Assembly: GCA_963662545.2 (NCBI GenBank)
Contig: CAXXLL010000002.1
Span: 1,152,001-1,216,000 of the forward strand
Reading direction: 5' to 3'
Source: Gammaproteobacteria bacterium
Lineage (GTDB): Bacteria; Pseudomonadota; Gammaproteobacteria; Ga0077536
DNA length: 64,000 bases
The notes below the pieces were generated by a model. That model ran no database searches. It was not told where the DNA came from and was given only the letters and a program-made list of their open reading frames with translations. Positions 60,440 through 64,000 of the stretch are shown one piece after another; the first letter of the stretch is position 1; each line of letters opens with the position of its first letter. Both the position numbers and the translations under genes were made by a program.

Positions 60440-61636
60440 ATGAACGACGCGCACGAAAAGACCCGGATCAAGCCGCTGCACGGCCTGCGGGTACTCGACA
60501 TCGCGACCTTTATCGCCGCGCCGTTCGCCGCCACGGTCCTCGGCGAGTTTGGTGCCGATGTCATCAAGATCGAACACCCCGACGGGGGTGATCCCATGCG
60601 GCAACTCGGAACCCCGACCGACGAACCCGACCTGAGCCTGGCCTGGTTGAGCGAAGCGCGCAACAAGCGCTCTGTCACCCTCGACCTCAAGTCCCCATCC
60701 GGCGTGCGCGATTTCAAGGAACTGGTGCGCCGCTCAGACGTGGTGTGCGAGAATTTCCGGCCGGGCACCCTGGAGCGCTGGGGATTGGGTTGGGACGTAC
60801 TGTCCGCATTGAATCCTGCGCTGGTGATGCTCCGAATCAGCGGTTACGGCCAAGACGGTCCCTACCGTGACCGTCCGCTCTTCGCCCGCATCGCGCATGC
60901 GGTTGGCGGTCTGACCTATCTCGCGGGGATGCCCGACGGCCCCCCCGTGACGCCCGGGTCGACTTCGCTCGCCGATTATATTTCGGGTCTGTACGGCGCG
61001 GTTGGCATCTTGATGGCCTTGCGCGTCGCGGAACGCACGGGCGCGGGACAGGTCATCGATGTTGCACTCTATGAATCCATCTTCCGCGTCCTCGACGAAC
61101 TCGCGCCGGCGTATGCGAAATTCGGGATCGTGCGTGAACGTGAAGGAACGGGGACGCGCCATGCGTGTCCGCACGGACATTTTCCCTGTGCCGACGGGCG
61201 CTGGGTTGCGATCGCCTGTACCAGCGATCGCATCTGGGCGCGGATGGCGGGCGAGGTGCTGGGTCGTCCGGATCTGATCGATAGCCACCCGGCGACGGCC
61301 GACCGTGTCGCCGATCGCATGCTGATCGACGGGATCGTGGAAGCGTTCACAAATTCCCTGCCGCTGTCCGATGTCGTTGCGCGTTGCGAATCCGGGCAGG
61401 TGCCCTGCGGTGCGATCAACACGATCGCCGACATCTTCAGCGATCCGCAATTCGAGGCTCGCGGTGTGTTGGCGAAAGTCGTGCATGAAGCGCTCGGCGA
61501 AATCGTCATCCCCAATCTGTTGCCGCGGCTATCACTTACGCCGGGTGAAATTACTTCACTCGGCCCCGGACTCGGCGATGCCAACGAGGATGTTCTTAAG
61601 GACTTGATCAACGACGACGCCGAGGTTCGGCGATGA
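60440..61636 (+). CDS. CaiB/BaiF family III CoA-transferase
   Basis: FGADVIKIE, RNKRSVTLDL, ENFRPG, ISGYGQDGP, LADY. Confidence 0.92.
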   Translation: MNDAHEKTRIKPLHGLRVLDIATFIAAPFAATVLGEFGADVIKIEHPDGGDPMRQLGTPTDEPDLSLAWLSEARNKRSVTLDLKSPSGVRDFKELVRRSDVVCENFRPGTLERWGLGWDVLSALNPALVMLRISGYGQDGPYRDRPLFARIAHAVGGLTYLAGMPDGPPVTPGSTSLADYISGLYGAVGILMALRVAERTGAGQVIDVALYESIFRVLDELAPAYAKFGIVREREGTGTRHACPHGHFPCADGRWVAIACTSDRIWARMAGEVLGRPDLIDSHPATADRVADRMLIDGIVEAFTNSLPLSDVVARCESGQVPCGAINTIADIFSDPQFEARGVLAKVVHEALGEIVIPNLLPRLSLTPGEITSLGPGLGDANEDVLKDLINDDAEVRR

Positions 61637-61637
61637 G

Positions 61638-62495
61638 ATGCGCTCCGTGACGATTGAAGCCAGACCGCTCAGCGATTCATTCGCGGCTGAAATCATCGGC
61701 ATCGATTTGAGCGACGATCACGGGCCAGGTGTCATCGACGAAATCAAGGCGCTGTGGTGGCAATACGAAATTCTCCTGTTTCGCGGCCAGTCGATGTCGG
61801 AAACCGACGAGGCCCGTTTCAGCGCCAAGCTCGGGCCGCTCGAGATCCACCTGCGCCACGAATACCTGTCGCGGGAGACGCCCGAAATCCTCTATATCTC
61901 GAACATCGTCGAAGACGGCCGTGAGATCGGCATTCTGTCTAACAATGACGTCGGCTGGCATTACGATCAAATTTACCTGCCGAAGCCTGCGGTCGGTTCG
62001 CTTTTGTACGCGGTAGAGCTGCCGCAGAGCGCCGGCGCCACCTATTTTGCGGACATGATCTGCGCGTTCGAACGCCTGCCGGCGGACGTCAAGGCCAGAC
62101 TCGAGGGCAAACGCGCGATTCAATCCTACGCGGCCTTCAATCGCCTCTACAGCGTGCCGACCGATGAGGAGCAGACGAAGCAAACCCAAGACATCGATCA
62201 ACCCGTGATCCGAACCCATCCATATTCGGGCAGGAAATCGCTTTACATCTGCGCGGGAATGACCACCCGGATCCTCGACCTGCCGCAAAGCGAAAGCGAC
62301 GAACTGCTCGCCTATCTTTTCGAGTGGTGCGTGCGGCCCGAATTCGTTTACCGGCACGAATGGCAGCTGGGCGACGCCATCCTGTGGGATAACGCCTCGA
62401 CCATCCACCGCCGCGATCCGTTCGACACGAACGAACGGCGATTGATGAAGCGCACGACCATACTGCCGCTGCCCGCGGTGGCCGTTCCCGTCTGA
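61638..62495 (+). CDS. TauD/TfdA family 2OG-dependent dioxygenase
   Basis: WHYD, TYFADM, WDN..TIHRR, R.MKRTT. Confidence 0.9.
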   Translation: MRSVTIEARPLSDSFAAEIIGIDLSDDHGPGVIDEIKALWWQYEILLFRGQSMSETDEARFSAKLGPLEIHLRHEYLSRETPEILYISNIVEDGREIGILSNNDVGWHYDQIYLPKPAVGSLLYAVELPQSAGATYFADMICAFERLPADVKARLEGKRAIQSYAAFNRLYSVPTDEEQTKQTQDIDQPVIRTHPYSGRKSLYICAGMTTRILDLPQSESDELLAYLFEWCVRPEFVYRHEWQLGDAILWDNASTIHRRDPFDTNERRLMKRTTILPLPAVAVPV

Positions 62496-62511
62496 TCACC
62501 GTGCGGTCGAA

Positions 62512-63387
62512 TCAGGCCTGCGCCGCGACCGCCTGCGCGACCTCGACGACGCGCTGAGCCTTTTCGACGATCGGATAGTCGACGAAATAGCCATCTACCT
62601 GGATCGAGGCGGAGCCTTGGGCTTCCGCCTCGTCGAAACTCGTGATGATCTTTTTCGCCCAGGCGAGTTCATCGTCGCTCGGCGTGTAGACGCCATTGGC
62701 GATCGGGATCTGGTCAGGATGAATGCAGAGCTTGCCCTGGAAACCAAATTCCTGCCCCAGGCGCGCCGACTTTTCGAAGGCTTCGTGTTCACGGATGTGG
62801 ATGAAGACGGTGTCGATGGGCGGCTCGATTTCCGCGAGCCGCGAGGCGAGTACGATCTCGGATCGCGCTGCCGCGATTTCCTTTTCTTCTAAAGTCCAGC
62901 GCAGGCCGAGATCGCGGGTGTAATCGCCAGCGCCGAAGGACATTCGTTTCAAACGTCCGCCACTGGCCGCAATCTCCCTGATCGCGCCCATGCCTTTCGC
63001 GGTTTCAATGATCGGCAGCAGATCGATCGAGTGCGGCTCGAGCCCGAGACGGCGTTCTAGATTGTCCATCATCCAGTCGACCATCTGGAGATCGGCGGCG
63101 CGTTCCACTTTCGGCAGCATCAGGCCGTCCAGCCATGGCCCCACGGTCGCCTCGATATCTCCGAAGCAATACGCCGTGTCGACGCTGTTGACCCGCACGT
63201 ATCCGCGGCAGCGGCGCGGTTTCTTCAAAGCCTCGACGACGACGTTGCGGGTCGCTTCTTTTTCCGCGACGGCAATGGCATCTTCGAGATCCAGAATGAC
63301 GACGTCGCAGCCGGAATCGAATACTTTCTCGACTTTTCGGGGATGATTGCCGGGTGCGAAAAGGCAGCTGCGATTGAGTTCCAACAT
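62512..63387 (-). CDS. CitE/HpcH family acyl-CoA lyase
   Basis: LDLEDA, VRVN, LPKVE, IETAKG, GKLCIHPDQ. Confidence 0.9.
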   Translation of the reverse strand: MLELNRSCLFAPGNHPRKVEKVFDSGCDVVILDLEDAIAVAEKEATRNVVVEALKKPRRCRGYVRVNSVDTAYCFGDIEATVGPWLDGLMLPKVERAADLQMVDWMMDNLERRLGLEPHSIDLLPIIETAKGMGAIREIAASGGRLKRMSFGAGDYTRDLGLRWTLEEKEIAAARSEIVLASRLAEIEPPIDTVFIHIREHEAFEKSARLGQEFGFQGKLCIHPDQIPIANGVYTPSDDELAWAKKIITSFDEAEAQGSASIQVDGYFVDYPIVEKAQRVVEVAQAVAAQA

Positions 63388-63577
63388 AGAGAGTGCTGAA
63401 TATACAAGCCTTAGTGACTGACCACCGAATTCTAACAGCCTGGTGATAACGCTGGATTCCCGTCAATTTGCGTTCGCCCGGAGGCGGTCGAGCGACCCGT
63501 CCCGCTATAGTGCTAAAGGTGTTCTATCATTCGTGGCACCCCGTTAGCCCCAAACATCAAGCAATCTCGGAACTCAC

Positions 63578-64000
63578 GTGACCGCATCCAGACAACTCCG
63601 ACTCGGCGCCTTCATGCGCCCGGTCAGCATCCACACTGCCGCATGGCGCTACCCGGGCGCCTTGGTGGACGCAAATTTCAATTTCCCACACTACAAGCGA
63701 TTCATCCAGGCACTAGAACGGGGACGCTTCGACGCTTTCTTCATGGCAGATCACCTCGCGGTACTCAACATGCCGATGCCGGCCTTGAAGCGGAGTGCTA
63801 CGGTGACTTCTTTCGATCCCATGACCTTGCTACCCGCACTCGCCACCGTCACCGAACACATCGGGCTCATCGCCACGGCGTCGACCACCTACAATGATCC
63901 CTATCACGTGGCGCGAAAATTTGCGTCGCTCGATCACATCAGCGGGGGCCGCGCCGGCTGGAACGTGGTCACCTCGGCGAATCCGGACGAGGCGCTGAAT
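63578..64000 (+). CDS. NtaA/DmoA family LLM monooxygenase, partial (runs off the window)
   Basis: Manual translation QLRLGAFMRPVSIHTAAWRYPGA...LERGRFDAFFMADHL...FASLDHISGGRAGWNVVTS. Confidence 0.88.
   Translation, partial: MTASRQLRLGAFMRPVSIHTAAWRYPGALVDANFNFPHYKRFIQALERGRFDAFFMADHLAVLNMPMPALKRSATVTSFDPMTLLPALATVTEHIGLIATASTTYNDPYHVARKFASLDHISGGRAGWNVVTSANPDEALN

Noticed and set aside
1-64000. tRNA or rRNA genes
   Set aside because: None recognised by eye; tRNAscan-SE or Infernal would be needed to exclude small RNAs.

Overview
GC-rich bacterial accessory region, most likely from an environmental (possibly marine) Gammaproteobacterium; the taxonomy is inferred from gene families. Most of it is catabolic/redox genes: two hydantoinase/oxoprolinase A+B pairs, five luciferase-like flavin/F420 monooxygenases, a Co-type nitrile hydratase operon with a divergent amidase, CYP153 plus ferredoxin, a Rieske oxygenase, TauD, CaiB, CitE, GSTs, and an SDR + kinase + class-III aminotransferase trio resembling the aminoacetone/aminopropanol pathway. 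It is heavily interrupted by IS6, IS30, IS3, IS481, IS91 and ISNCY elements and pseudogene fragments. Main structures not shown by the ORF track: (1) an integrase-less integron cassette array at about 9.6-16.9 kb with ~110-bp attC sites, where an IS30 element and an IS30-ended 179-bp MITE each sit exactly 2 nt upstream of an attC R'' box; (2) a UGA-containing ArsC-like selenoprotein gene with a clear SECIS-like hairpin (45517-45861, minus strand); (3) a 45-bp mini-element with a 2-bp duplication that frameshifts an IS91 transposase; (4) several REP-type palindromes. Some frameshifts, especially at 12.55-13.96 kb, may be assembly errors. All family assignments come from motif recognition by eye, not database searches.
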